A stretch of 64,000 bases of DNA from a virus (IMGVR_UViG_3300031867_000044:3226-67225), one strand, 5' to 3'; shown: positions 16,681 to 26,956, counted from the stretch's first letter. Notes: a model not told the origin generated them from the sequence alone. Program-made: numbers and translations.

Positions 16681-16995
16681 AAATTTAAGATAAATGGGCC
16701 TATGAGCGGAGAAGAAAGATGTTGCGGCGACTGCTGCTGGTTTAAGCATGAGGACACGGACGGCTATGGTATATGCTATCAGCATGACTGGACTTACCCG
16801 AATTGCGGGAATGTGCCTTGTGAGGATTATTTGCGTGAAAGGCAGATGCGTCACCACATGGCCGTCTTGTTACAGGCTAACAGATATAGGCGCGACCAGC
16901 ATGTGCCGAGCATCTATAAGATGCCTAACCCGAAGGAGCTGGGCAAGGCCATCGACTTTGCTGTGGAGTATATGAGAGTGTTTGACAAAATATAG
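16582..16995 (+). CDS. Cys-rich hypothetical protein
   Basis: CCGDCCWF...C...C; the N-terminus is encoded by the tandem repeat, so the true start may be downstream. Confidence 0.65.
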   Translation: MGKNWERIGNSLVKMGNSLVKMGNGTVKMGNGIKFKINGPMSGEERCCGDCCWFKHEDTDGYGICYQHDWTYPNCGNVPCEDYLRERQMRHHMAVLLQANRYRRDQHVPSIYKMPNPKELGKAIDFAVEYMRVFDKI

Positions 16996-17037
16996 ATATA
17001 AAAACGGATAATATTTAAGATAAGAACCTTTAGCGAC

Positions 17038-17784
17038 ATGAAGATAGAAGCATTTCCAGGAGTATTGACCGCGCAGATGGTTGAGCGTCCGTTTACGACG
17101 AAGACGGGGCGCAGCGGCTGTCAGCGAGTGCGTGTGTACGTGCTGACCGACGATCAGAAGGAATGGCTTTGCCGTTGGTTCCCTGAGGTAGAGAACAGCC
17201 GTCTGGCAGAGCTGAGCGGCATGAGCCTTGCTACGCTGCATCGTTTTGCCCGAGAGTTCGGGCTGACCAAGAGCGTTAAGGGTATGCGTGGTATCAAGAA
17301 ACGTCAGGCGGCGCACATCAAGAAAGTGTGTGAGGAGAACGGCTGGTATGACAGCCTGCGTGGCCGTGCGCCGTCGGAGGCTACAAGGCAGGGCACTGCC
17401 CGTATGTGGCAGGACATCCGCGATGGTCGGCGCGAGCATCCGGCTCGTATCATGAAGCGCAAGAATCCCCGTAAATACCGCAAGTGGATGGAGCGCAAGA
17501 GCGAAGCACGCAAGGCAGCCGTGCGACGAGAGCGTGCTCGTGCCATCTATGGTTTGGAGCGCAAGACTAATCTTCGTATCGTGCTGCAGAAATATACCCG
17601 CAGGCAGACCGCTCATCGCTATAACGCTCTTCGTCGCGGTTATTTTGTGATGAAAGACTGCTCTGAGGGCAGCGGTGAGCGATATAATATCTACTACGAC
17701 GGTGACACCAAGCGCTCTGTAGCCTTTGAGCGCAACCTTGTCGCTGACGGTTTTCGTGTTATCGACTGGGCCAGTGTTGGCTGA
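17038..17784 (+). CDS. basic HTH-containing hypothetical protein
   Basis: LAELSGMSLATLHRFAREFGL; very basic. Confidence 0.75.
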   Translation: MKIEAFPGVLTAQMVERPFTTKTGRSGCQRVRVYVLTDDQKEWLCRWFPEVENSRLAELSGMSLATLHRFAREFGLTKSVKGMRGIKKRQAAHIKKVCEENGWYDSLRGRAPSEATRQGTARMWQDIRDGRREHPARIMKRKNPRKYRKWMERKSEARKAAVRRERARAIYGLERKTNLRIVLQKYTRRQTAHRYNALRRGYFVMKDCSEGSGERYNIYYDGDTKRSVAFERNLVADGFRVIDWASVG

Positions 17785-17806
17785 GAACCTATAAAAACGT
17801 AATGAA

Positions 17807-18283
17807 ATGAGGAAATTAAGTTTAGAGGAATTGTCTATCGGCGCATGGCTGAGGTATTATATGGATATGCCTAACCGTTATAGCGAGCCGATGTATGTGT
17901 TTAGCCTGTATCAGAGCGGGAGCGTTTATCTTGCCACTCGGTCAGACGGCTATGATGCTGTGAGCGCTGAACTTGCCAATGTTGCTCCTATCTCCATTAA
18001 CGAGGCTGTGCTTCGTGGTTTCGGTTTTGAGAAGGCGAAAGGTAATGACGTGTTTCTGAAGGTTATCGGTGACATGCGTATGACGGTGAGCCTGCGTTGG
18101 AAGCACGGCGAGCAACAATGCAAGCGTGTGGCTCTTACCGGCAAGACGACATGTTGGAATGAGGAGATACGCTATGTGCATGAGCTTCAGCGTTGGTGGA
18201 CAGACCGTGTGTTGCTGCCATTCGGCATCCCCCTGGTATTGGAGTGGCGCGGTAAGAGAAAGGAAGACGAGCATGATGGATGA
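17807..18283 (+). CDS. hypothetical protein
   Basis: 158-aa ORF in the operon. Confidence 0.7.
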   Translation: MRKLSLEELSIGAWLRYYMDMPNRYSEPMYVFSLYQSGSVYLATRSDGYDAVSAELANVAPISINEAVLRGFGFEKAKGNDVFLKVIGDMRMTVSLRWKHGEQQCKRVALTGKTTCWNEEIRYVHELQRWWTDRVLLPFGIPLVLEWRGKRKEDEHDG

Positions 18284-20258
18284 GAGCATTAAGAGGCTTA
18301 CGCGAGAGTTGTGGGACTTGATAGTGAGTGACGGTGGCGAGTGTGTCAGGTCTTTGCTTGCCATCAAGAGCCGTGAGGGCCGCAGGGGCAAGACGAAGCG
18401 TCTTATCTGCAAGGCCATTGACGGCAGCAGCCTTGGTGTGTTTGGCGGTAGGATGTATTATTTCGGCGGCAGGGTTTACGTGCCTATTGACCGTTCGACG
18501 TTTCACCGTGTGCTGTATGACATTCTTGCCAACCGCATCAATGTGCCTGACGGTGACTTGGTGAAGTTGTCGGACTTGTATATGGACAGCTGTAACGTGG
18601 TTTACTCGAAGCCATTGCAGGTGAGTAATAACGTGATGGTGTTTCATAACGGTGTGCTGGACGTTGAGCAGGGTGTTTTCTCGAAGACTTTTGACAAGCG
18701 TTTTGTCCAGATGTGGAGCGTGGACTATGACTATACTCCCATGGCGAAGACATTCTTGTGGCATCAGTTCATTAACCAGGTGTTGCCCGACAAGTATTGG
18801 CAGGACGCACTTCAGATGTTTCTCGGAGCTACGTTCATAGACCGCAAGAAGGTGAAGATAGAGCACATCATGATCTTGCTCGGCAAAGGCAGTAACGGCA
18901 AGAGCGTGATACAACAGGCCGTGTGCGGTGTGCTGGGCGAGGAATATGTGTCGCAGCATGAGATTGGCCGTCTGTGCAGCCGTGGCAACGACGGTGACAT
19001 GGCCGTTGCCGAGATAAACGGCAAGCGCCTGAACTATTGCACCGAGATGGAGGAAACGGACTTTTACAAGAAGTCAGCCCGGCTGAAAGCCATCGTAAGC
19101 GGTGAGAACGTGACCGCAAGGCAGTTGTACGGCAATCCTTTCAAGGCTACGAACATCCCCTTGCTGATGGCAAACGCCAACCGGCTGCCCATCTTCAACC
19201 AGAAGGACGACGCGCTGTTGCGCCGTATTTATGTGATACCTTTTAATGTGGTGATAGCCGAGGAGAAGCAGAACCGCACGCTAGGCGACGAGCTGGTGAG
19301 TGAGTACCCTGCCATCCTGAACTGGATATTAGAGGGCCGTGACAAGTTCATCAAGAACGGCTACCGTCTGCCGAACGACATCAAGGTAAGCACGATGATT
19401 AAGAACGAGCGCGTATCGTACAATAGTGCGCTGACGTTCATGAAGAAGCAGAACTACAAGCCTCGTCTGGAGGGAGTGACGCTTGCAGATGACGTTCAGA
19501 TGACGCTCTCCGACCTTTATGCCCGTTATTCTCGCTGGTGCCTTGCAAACGAGATCAGCGTTATGGGTAAGACCGTGTTTTCCACGACGCTTGAGAACAA
19601 CGGTTTCAGACGTGAGCGCAAGAGCTTCGGTGTGATATTCCATGTGTTCTGCGACACCGTAGCAAAGCTGGAACGGCAGCGTAAGAAACAGGAGAAGGAG
19701 AAAGAGGTAGGACTGGTGTGGTATAACGGCAAGGCGTATGCCCAGACCATCAAGCAGCTGATGGCCGTAATAGGCGTGAGCAGGCATGTCATTATCAAGA
19801 TGAAGGGCCAGGGCAAGATGGATAATCTGATTAAAGGCTATAAGAATCACCTATTCTATGACGTGCAGGGATGCTATGATTTCTTTAAGAGCTTGCATGT
19901 CATCGCCAGCGACGATGAGCGCAAGTATCATAAGCGCCTTGACAATGAGCATAAGAAAGCCCGCGACCGTTTTAATGCCCGTATGGCTGGCCGCGGTTGG
20001 CCGTACAGGAAATACGCCACGGGCTTTCAGCAGATAGAGGAAGGGCTGGTTGTTGTCCCCGACGACACCACAGAGCGCGAGGTGATAGAAATGGCACAGC
20101 TGGCAGGTTATGATGTGTCGCATCTATACAGCAGCCTTGTCATTAAGCGAGAAGAAGAGAATATTAACCAATTAAAAGAGATATATGGAACAGAAAAATC
20201 AGACGAAGTGCCCAGTGTGCGGAAAGTTCACGACGGAGGCGAAGAAGAGAGCGTATGA
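18273..20258 (+). CDS. D5/P4-family SF3 helicase (phage primase-helicase)
   Basis: Walker A GKGSNGKS, Walker B LNYCTE, ANRLP and RRIYVIPF; start reassigned to ATG 18273. Confidence 0.88.
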   Translation: MMDESIKRLTRELWDLIVSDGGECVRSLLAIKSREGRRGKTKRLICKAIDGSSLGVFGGRMYYFGGRVYVPIDRSTFHRVLYDILANRINVPDGDLVKLSDLYMDSCNVVYSKPLQVSNNVMVFHNGVLDVEQGVFSKTFDKRFVQMWSVDYDYTPMAKTFLWHQFINQVLPDKYWQDALQMFLGATFIDRKKVKIEHIMILLGKGSNGKSVIQQAVCGVLGEEYVSQHEIGRLCSRGNDGDMAVAEINGKRLNYCTEMEETDFYKKSARLKAIVSGENVTARQLYGNPFKATNIPLLMANANRLPIFNQKDDALLRRIYVIPFNVVIAEEKQNRTLGDELVSEYPAILNWILEGRDKFIKNGYRLPNDIKVSTMIKNERVSYNSALTFMKKQNYKPRLEGVTLADDVQMTLSDLYARYSRWCLANEISVMGKTVFSTTLENNGFRRERKSFGVIFHVFCDTVAKLERQRKKQEKEKEVGLVWYNGKAYAQTIKQLMAVIGVSRHVIIKMKGQGKMDNLIKGYKNHLFYDVQGCYDFFKSLHVIASDDERKYHKRLDNEHKKARDRFNARMAGRGWPYRKYATGFQQIEEGLVVVPDDTTEREVIEMAQLAGYDVSHLYSSLVIKREEENINQLKEIYGTEKSDEVPSVRKVHDGGEEESV

Positions 20259-20514
20259 CGAGATGGTACGCAAGGTAGAGAACTTAACGAAGAGCCTGGA
20301 GTATCGCGACATGGAGAAACATGCCGACGAGGAACTTCTGGAGAAGAAGCGCAAGATCATCAAGGAGCAGGCGAAGCAGATAGAGCTGCTGCGCAAGAGC
20401 TATGAGGAACAGCGCAAGACTTGTGAGGCCCTTGCCGACGAGAATGTGGAGCTGAGGGTGGAGAACGCCCGTCTGCAGAACAGGGGCCTATGGGAGCGGA
20501 TTGTGAACAAGTGA
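20185..20514 (+). CDS. coiled-coil protein with CPVC motif
   Basis: 109 aa. Confidence 0.7.
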   Translation: MEQKNQTKCPVCGKFTTEAKKRAYDEMVRKVENLTKSLEYRDMEKHADEELLEKKRKIIKEQAKQIELLRKSYEEQRKTCEALADENVELRVENARLQNRGLWERIVNK

Positions 20515-20522
20515 GCTTTTTA

Positions 20523-20553
20523 GCCACGGCTGAGCCGTGGCCTGCGGAGAAAG
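20523..20553 (+). repeat. hairpin repeat family, copy 3
   Basis: GCCACGG-CTGAG-CCGTGGC-CTGCGGAGAAAG. Confidence 0.8.
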
Positions 20554-20635
20554 TGAATTGTTTTCATTTTATTGGCGAAAAGGTTAATTTATTGAAGGAA
20601 AGTTGGACTTATTGAAGGAAAGGAGAGTTTTTGAA

Positions 20636-21229
20636 ATGGATAATAGAAACGACGGAAAGACGGTGAGGGGCGGTTTGCCCTTAAAGGTTGTTGTCGGTAA
20701 TTATGTGCTGAGTGCCACGGAAGAGGACGGTGTGAGGAACATTATTGCCAGTAGTGCTGATGGCGGCTGGCAGGTGCGTTGGTACGAGACTAATGCGATG
20801 TATGCGACCATGTGCGTTCTGATGGAAGGCACGACAGGGAACGAGGGCGCAAAGGACTACTTGCACGCGCTGTTGGCTATGATGCACTACAGCACTTGCC
20901 ACCCACACGACTTGGTGGCAATGGCGACGAAACAGGAGATGCCTGTGATTAGCGGCTTCTTTGAGCTTATCAAGGCGCAGAGTGACTATGAGCTGTCGCA
21001 GCTGACGGAGGCAAGCAAGGACGAAGACGAGGAGGCTATGAGGGAAGTCGGCGAGGCGCAGGCCATAGCTGAAGAGCTGGAGAGGCTGGATGAAGACGAG
21101 GCTGGTGTAGAGGTTGCTGTGATACAGCAACAAACGGGACAGCAACAAACAGGACTGCAGGAAGAGGAACAAGCGGAGCAACTGACGGAGCGGCAGGCAG
21201 AGCGACAGGAGTGCGGGACGGTAGAATGA
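20636..21229 (+). CDS. hypothetical protein with a low-complexity Q/E tail
   Basis: ATG at 20636; the tail is encoded by GACAGCAACAAACRG repeats. Confidence 0.7.
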   Translation: MDNRNDGKTVRGGLPLKVVVGNYVLSATEEDGVRNIIASSADGGWQVRWYETNAMYATMCVLMEGTTGNEGAKDYLHALLAMMHYSTCHPHDLVAMATKQEMPVISGFFELIKAQSDYELSQLTEASKDEDEEAMREVGEAQAIAEELERLDEDEAGVEVAVIQQQTGQQQTGLQEEEQAEQLTERQAERQECGTVE

Positions 21230-22014
21230 ATGGCGGTATGGATGAACGATATTATACTGACGAGGAGCTGGAGGAGGCGAAGGCTTACTTGCGTGACCGG
21301 CTTCGGAATGAGCGGAGCATGAGCGCAGATGTGGAGCGTCTGCTTGTGCTTTGGGCAGGCTATCTGCTGCGTGCACTTTGGAACGGTGCCAGCGACGATG
21401 CGATTGAAGAACTGATAGCAGACCTAGTGGCGCAGCTGCTGGGTGACTGCGAGCTGCTGGCCGTGGATGAGCACGACAGGGATATGGACGTGCTGTTGTA
21501 TATGAACGGTGAGCGGAACGGAGATACGCTGGAGGGGCGTGTCAGGAAACGCGCAGGCACTTTTTTTGACGAGGTGTATGCCGTGTTTATTGCCGGACAG
21601 TTGCTTGGCAAGGGACGAGAGGAGCTGCTAAAGAGCATCCGAGAGAATCTGAAAGCGCCCTGGGAGAACGATGTGCTGAAAGAGGCCCGATCGCTTCAGC
21701 AGAGCGGTGAGATAGACGCAGACTTCTCGTTTGAAAGTCCGCATTTCGGTAAAGGAGTTGAGATTTCGTCGCTTGGTGCCTTGCAGACCATTACCAGTTA
21801 TGCCGTTGCTGATGCCTGGACTTGGTGGCAGCGCGAGGATGCCTTGGCGCGAGGAGCGAAGGGGTACTTTGTGGTGAGAGGTAGCAGCTATCCGTGCGAA
21901 GAGTGCGACATGGCGGCCAGCGTGTTCCACCTGATGAGCGACACGGAGCATCTGGTCCCGCTGCATTTGCACTGTGTGTGCATGATTGTTTATAGCTATG
22001 TGGAGAGGGTTTAG
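21211..22014 (+). CDS. Mu gpF/SPP1 gp7-like minor head protein
   Basis: C-terminal YPCEECD...PLHLHCVC motif. Confidence 0.7.
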   Translation: MRDGRMNGGMDERYYTDEELEEAKAYLRDRLRNERSMSADVERLLVLWAGYLLRALWNGASDDAIEELIADLVAQLLGDCELLAVDEHDRDMDVLLYMNGERNGDTLEGRVRKRAGTFFDEVYAVFIAGQLLGKGREELLKSIRENLKAPWENDVLKEARSLQQSGEIDADFSFESPHFGKGVEISSLGALQTITSYAVADAWTWWQREDALARGAKGYFVVRGSSYPCEECDMAASVFHLMSDTEHLVPLHLHCVCMIVYSYVERV

Positions 22015-22021
22015 GTGTTTC

Positions 22022-22052
22022 GCCACGGCACAGCCGTGGCCTGCGGAGAAAG
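22022..22052 (+). repeat. hairpin repeat family, copy 4
   Basis: GCCACGG-CACAG-CCGTGGC-CTGCGGAGAAAG. Confidence 0.8.
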
Positions 22053-22062
22053 GGTGATTAGA

Positions 22063-22584
22063 ATGACGAAAAAGATGGAGGATGGCAGAATGGCGAAAAA
22101 GATAAAAGGTGAAAGAATGACGGAGAAAGAGATAAGTGTGGTGTTAAGAGAGATGGCAAGAGGCCAGCGTAAGCCGTTGTGTGACGCATGGTACGGCGAG
22201 TGGAAAGATGACAGCAGCGTGGATGAGTTGTTGGACAAGTTTGTGAGGGGCATGGACTTCTGCGTGGAGAATGACTACCCTCCCCTGCCGTTTATCCGCA
22301 AATTCTTTGATAAGGACGACTTGCACCGTCACCGTATCTATCTTGACGAGGAGGTGGCACTGGACGGGAATAACGGTTCTTACGTGTTCCTTGGCGAGTG
22401 CAGCGGCGAGATTGTATGTGACGGGTATATGACCGTGAACATTGTGGTTCGCCATCGCAGCAAGATAAAGGTGGTTGCCATGGGCGGCTCACGCGTGTAT
22501 GTTGACGTTTATGAGGAAGGTGATTGCGCCGCGAACATTGAGAGCGGTAGCACATGCAAGGTATATGGCAGCAAAGGGAAATAG
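22063..22584 (+). CDS. hypothetical protein (beta-repeat C-terminus)
   Basis: Start reassigned to a position after the repeat. Confidence 0.7.
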   Translation: MTKKMEDGRMAKKIKGERMTEKEISVVLREMARGQRKPLCDAWYGEWKDDSSVDELLDKFVRGMDFCVENDYPPLPFIRKFFDKDDLHRHRIYLDEEVALDGNNGSYVFLGECSGEIVCDGYMTVNIVVRHRSKIKVVAMGGSRVYVDVYEEGDCAANIESGSTCKVYGSKGK

Positions 22585-22586
22585 AA

Positions 22587-22642
22587 AACCCTGCTGATGT
22601 ACAGCAGGGCTCTTGGCTGTTGATGCCTGTTGTGGCACAACA
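22587..22642. terminator. paired hairpins between convergent genes
   Basis: CCCTGCTG-ATGTA-CAGCAGGG and CCTGTTG-TGGCA-CAACAGG. Confidence 0.5.
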
Positions 22643-22663
22643 GGGTACTTAACCTTATGACTG

Positions 22664-24175
22664 TTATTGAGCTGTTGGCTGCTTGATGCCATTGCGAAGC
22701 TGGTATAGGCGGTCGGCAGCCTGTTGCTGTTTCTGCTCTTTGAAGATTTTGTCCGGCTCTGCGTTGGTTGTGTATGGGTTATGCTCCGCTCCTGTCTCCG
22801 TAGACATCAATCCGGCGTTTTTGAGCGCTACGAGATTTGTGACGAGCTCTTGCGTGTTCTCATGCACGAAAGGAACGATGTAGGACAGTATTCGGTCGTT
22901 GAGGCGCATGTACTCCGTGATTTTCCCCAGCTCCATGCCGTAAGCCTCGCAGAAGAGCTCGCGCACACCGTTGATAAACTGTTGTTCCTCTTTAGCCTGC
23001 AGAATAGCGAGGTCGAGGTTAGGCGAGTAAATGAGCTTGATGGCCGCAGCCGGTGTGTCGCCCGACTTCAGTTGTGGCGGTTCGACTGTAAATGACCCAC
23101 GGAAGAACTCTTTGAAGAGCCTTTCGACGTAAGCCTGGTAATACTCACCACTGGCTTTCTTTTCGAGGAGTGATATTTTATCATCCTTTCCAGCCGTGAA
23201 TGCCCTGACACGTCCGTATGGGTCGCCTTTGATTTCGATGTCGTCTCCCTGGAGGACGTAAGCATCGTTGGCCGTTGATGCACAAGACTTAGCCCAATAG
23301 GACAGTGCGACCTCAATTTCGTCGGCAAGGTATTGCACATCATTCCATCCTGGGCCGTTGAGCGGGCTTCGCATATACTCTACCGGGCAGCGTGAGAATC
23401 CGTGCGGCTGTCTGAACACCAGTTCGTAGCCGTCCATGCCGAAGTAGTTTTTTATTCTATTGACAGCGCCGGCGAGTCCCAGTTTGTTTTGCTTGTATCT
23501 GGAAAGGTAGTGGTCGTCCCACACCTCAACCCATGTGACAGTCTCGCGGTTGTTCTCGTCGTAGGATGAGAACTTACGCGCCAGTGACGAGAGCTTTCCC
23601 GTGATCATGTCATAGTGAGGAAAGAGCGTATCGCCTTCAAGGAAAGAGAGCACTTTGGTGTATGCTTTCCCCTTATACATATAAAATACAATGGCCTTAT
23701 CGCCCGTAATCTCCATTGATTTTCCGGCCTCGTATAGTGCGATGTCGATGTTCTTTGACAGCCATCCTGTCTGGAAGTTGAAGAACTGCTCGTTCGTCGC
23801 GTCGTCCACTTTAGCGTCGGACAGCTCGTGGTGCAAGTCATTGCCATAGAGGTGTACGAGATGCTGCACCGCCACGACGCGCTGTAACGGCACGGTGACA
23901 CGGAACGTCTCTTCACGGTACATCGTTTCCATTTTCTCTCCCGTCTCTGTGATGACCTCTCCGTAGTTGTATGACTCTGGGAAGAACAGCTCGTTGGTGA
24001 TTTTATGTCCTGAGGGGTAGTATTCCTCCAGGAAGTCAGTTTGCGTGAGCTGCATGCCCATGATTCGCTTTTCCTTGTGCCGCATTGTGTCTACAGGTGC
24101 TTGTGAACGCAATGACAGTCCGCTGTTTTGCACCCTATAGAACGGCTTTTTCGTTAATAGTTCGTTGATGCTCAT
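22664..24175 (-). CDS. portal protein (SPP1 gp6-like)
   Basis: 503 aa adjacent to TerL; HGFSRCPVEY and GAAIKL-like motif (AAAIKLIYSP). Confidence 0.8.
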   Translation of the reverse strand: MSINELLTKKPFYRVQNSGLSLRSQAPVDTMRHKEKRIMGMQLTQTDFLEEYYPSGHKITNELFFPESYNYGEVITETGEKMETMYREETFRVTVPLQRVVAVQHLVHLYGNDLHHELSDAKVDDATNEQFFNFQTGWLSKNIDIALYEAGKSMEITGDKAIVFYMYKGKAYTKVLSFLEGDTLFPHYDMITGKLSSLARKFSSYDENNRETVTWVEVWDDHYLSRYKQNKLGLAGAVNRIKNYFGMDGYELVFRQPHGFSRCPVEYMRSPLNGPGWNDVQYLADEIEVALSYWAKSCASTANDAYVLQGDDIEIKGDPYGRVRAFTAGKDDKISLLEKKASGEYYQAYVERLFKEFFRGSFTVEPPQLKSGDTPAAAIKLIYSPNLDLAILQAKEEQQFINGVRELFCEAYGMELGKITEYMRLNDRILSYIVPFVHENTQELVTNLVALKNAGLMSTETGAEHNPYTTNAEPDKIFKEQKQQQAADRLYQLRNGIKQPTAQ

Positions 24176-24183
24176 ATTACTTT

Positions 24184-24217
24184 GGGGTTATGATGGGGTT
24201 AATGGGGTTAATGGGTT
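24184..24217 (+). repeat. GGGGTTA(AT) tandem repeat
   Basis: GGGGTTATGATGGGGTTAATGGGGTTAATGGG. Confidence 0.8.
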
Positions 24218-24224
24218 TTTCCCA

Positions 24225-25928
24225 TCAGCGCCATCTTCCTCCGTAGTTAAACATATTATTACCTAATCTCTGCTGCATCATCTTGGATGAACCCGTAAGA
24301 AGCCCGAGGTTTTTGGGCTTGTGATGCATCTGCTTGATATTGAATATCTCTCTGATAGTCGCTCCCTCAATGAAGTCGGGAGAGCGGTGTATGATGCGCT
24401 TCATGACACGTACTTTGTCGACAACCCTTGTCGGGTCATCCTCGCGGAACCGAATGCATCTGCGTTCCTCGTTCAGGATGTCGCGAAGCCGTTTGTTGCG
24501 GTAGCCCTTTCCCGTGAACCTTCTTTCCAGCAGTTCGGGCTCTATAGAGTAAGTGCCATCCTTGATATGGTCAGCGAAATAAGCGAACGCCTGTGCCTTT
24601 GTGTTGAAGAACATTCCGCTGAATTTCTTGTCCACTGCATCTCTTGGGTCGAACGGTATTGCTTTCGGGAAGAACCCTTTGAATACCTGTCCGACACCCG
24701 GCAGGTCGTATGCAAAATTCTCTTCTCTGACGCGCCACCTTGCCAGTAGCGCCTCGGTGAACTCGATAGTCTTTTTTGCATCCTTCTGACAAACTGCGAT
24801 GTCGGCGATATGGTTTCCTTCCCACAGCCAGAATACGCATTGGTCTCCTCCGTCGAAAGCCGCGTCGCAACTTACCCGACGGATGCCGTCGCCTTTTTGC
24901 GGCGGATTGTCGTAGAACCGCTCCATGTGTTCCGTCTTGATGATGTCAGAGCCAGCAGCCTTGTACTTCCAGTTTCCTTCGAGGAATCTTGCCTTCGTCT
25001 CTTCGTCCTGATTGAAGAGGTTGGCCAGGTAAGCCGGGTCGGAGTTGAGCAGCGCCTTGTTGTCGGTGAGTTTGGCCGGTACGAACGCCACTGACTTGAT
25101 GAAAAGCTCCTGTGGTGAACCAAACTCGTTGTACTCTTCTTTCCATGATGCCATGATGGCAGCCTCGCACTTCTGGAACACCTCTTCGCGTGTGTCGCCC
25201 CAAACGACATCGGACACATCGTCGCCCATCATGGTGCAGTATCGCACCTTCCCTGCCCTTTCAGGTATTGGCAGTCCCGTTTCCTGGTCAATCCACCATT
25301 CAATGTATTTTGCCACCCACGAGTCGGGATCGGGGTTGCATGAGCCTACGATACGGTTGCGGATGCCATAAGCATTACGATTAGACATGGTAAGCACTTT
25401 GAACTTCTGGTAGGACATCTGCGTTACCTCGTCGATTCCGATGTATGGGTACTGTTTACCCTGGTATCGGTCGTGGAATGCCATTGGCTCCATGTTGTGG
25501 TATGTAAACGTGAGCCATCCTCCGTTATTGAAGTTCCACGTCATATCGTTCTTGGCCTTGTTGTATGTGCCGTATGTGTCGTATAGTTCGTGTGACGTGT
25601 CGATGATGTCTGACAAGTCGTCGAGGTCTTTACGGAATATGATGGCCCTGAAGTTCGGGTTTGTGATGTCGTATAGAGCCTGCATGAGCAAGATGTATGA
25701 CTTTCCTCCTCCACGCGAGCCTCCCACAATGGAAATATCGGCAACGGAAGAAATCATGTCGTCCTGTCCTCCCGGTTGGAAGAAGACGGTGTTTTTTGGC
25801 TTTGTCGCACGTTCGGCCTCCCACTCCTCATCGGTGATGATGCGGAGCGAGTGCACCAAATCCGTCATTCTCTCCCTAAGTATGGGTTCGATGCTTTGTG
25901 GTATGTACTTAACCTGTTCGTACTGCAT
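24225..25928 (-). CDS. terL: terminase large subunit
   Basis: GGSRGGGKS, IGIDEVTQ, SCNPD, and an RNase H-like SCDAAFDGGD. Confidence 0.92.
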   Translation of the reverse strand: MQYEQVKYIPQSIEPILRERMTDLVHSLRIITDEEWEAERATKPKNTVFFQPGGQDDMISSVADISIVGGSRGGGKSYILLMQALYDITNPNFRAIIFRKDLDDLSDIIDTSHELYDTYGTYNKAKNDMTWNFNNGGWLTFTYHNMEPMAFHDRYQGKQYPYIGIDEVTQMSYQKFKVLTMSNRNAYGIRNRIVGSCNPDPDSWVAKYIEWWIDQETGLPIPERAGKVRYCTMMGDDVSDVVWGDTREEVFQKCEAAIMASWKEEYNEFGSPQELFIKSVAFVPAKLTDNKALLNSDPAYLANLFNQDEETKARFLEGNWKYKAAGSDIIKTEHMERFYDNPPQKGDGIRRVSCDAAFDGGDQCVFWLWEGNHIADIAVCQKDAKKTIEFTEALLARWRVREENFAYDLPGVGQVFKGFFPKAIPFDPRDAVDKKFSGMFFNTKAQAFAYFADHIKDGTYSIEPELLERRFTGKGYRNKRLRDILNEERRCIRFREDDPTRVVDKVRVMKRIIHRSPDFIEGATIREIFNIKQMHHKPKNLGLLTGSSKMMQQRLGNNMFNYGGRWR

Positions 25929-25959
25929 GTATTATGCTGAAACACAATCTATTTGCGGC

Positions 25960-26048
25960 CAAAGATATTGAAAAAAGGTATATTTTTAAATTTTTAGATG
26001 AAAATTTAAGCATAAAGTTTGCAAATATTCAATATTTATATATTTTTG
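25960..26048. promoter_or_regulatory. divergent promoters (terL-portal leftward; head genes rightward)
   Basis: TATCTTTG (25967-25960); TTTG at 26018-21 plus TATTTTTG at 26041-48 with a 19-nt spacer. Confidence 0.7.
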
Positions 26049-26186
26049 GCGATGCAAATGAGTTATTAAGGTTTATACGGTGATAAAGATTTTCTTTCTG
26101 GTGAATAACTAAACTATGGCACTGTTTGCGAAAATGGTGCCATTTATCAAAAAGGGATGACATACAAACTCAAATATATTTAGGAT

Positions 26187-26867
26187 ATGGAAATCGAAAA
26201 AATCGTTTCTAGCGTGCAGAGCAAAGTAGGAAACACCGACTTTAGCGCACAAACCATCCAGAAGGCCGTGGAATTGTACCCCGTGGCAGACGGGCAAGAG
26301 CCTGACGAGGCTTATTTCTCGAAAGTTGCAAACTTCTTACAGGGTATGCAGGGTCAATACAACCACGACTTCTCAACCAAGTTTTCGGAGGCGAAGAAAA
26401 ACTTGCTGACGGAAAAAACCTTCAAGGACATGAGTGCTGAACAAGTGGCACAAGTGAAATCATGGCTGGGCATTGCCCCTTCTGGAGCGCCTACACCTCC
26501 ATCTGGTGACAGCGAGACCGTGAAGCAGTTAAAGGCAGAGCTGGCGACGCTGAAAAACAGGCTGGACGACGGCGACAAGGCCAAGCGACAGGCAGAGCTT
26601 CTGCAGAAGGTGAAGGCAGCAATGAAAGAGCAGAAAGCCAGTGACGACTATGTTCTTGAAAACACTCTGAAAGGAGCAGTCATGGACGAGAATAAGAGCG
26701 TCGAAGACTTGACTAAGGAGTATCTGGTGAAGTATGATGCCGAGTATCTGAAATGCAGAGGCGGCGGGACACCCCCACGCCAAAGCTCGCAGAATAGTGG
26801 CAAAGGCGAAAGTGCCGCCGACCGTTTCTTTGCAAAGAAGGCGAAGAAAGAGGGTTGGAAAAAATAG
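26187..26867 (+). CDS. probable capsid scaffolding protein
   Basis: Helical, charged protein upstream of the capsid genes. Confidence 0.6.
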   Translation: MEIEKIVSSVQSKVGNTDFSAQTIQKAVELYPVADGQEPDEAYFSKVANFLQGMQGQYNHDFSTKFSEAKKNLLTEKTFKDMSAEQVAQVKSWLGIAPSGAPTPPSGDSETVKQLKAELATLKNRLDDGDKAKRQAELLQKVKAAMKEQKASDDYVLENTLKGAVMDENKSVEDLTKEYLVKYDAEYLKCRGGGTPPRQSSQNSGKGESAADRFFAKKAKKEGWKK

Positions 26868-26880
26868 GTCTTTGGAGGTG

Positions 26881-26912
26881 GCTGTGGTACAGCCACATAC
26901 GGGACTGAAAAG
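26881..26912 (+). repeat. hairpin repeat family, copy 5
   Basis: GCTGTGG-TACAG-CCACATA-CGGGACTGAAAAG. Confidence 0.6.
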
Positions 26913-26956
26913 ATTGTGAGTAAGGATAACATTTTTAACAAAAAAAAGATTGACAC

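Noticed and set aside
22585-26186. Recombinase-invertible terL-portal cassette
   Set aside because: No inverted repeats were found at the two boundaries, and the cassette has its own promoter and convergent terminators.
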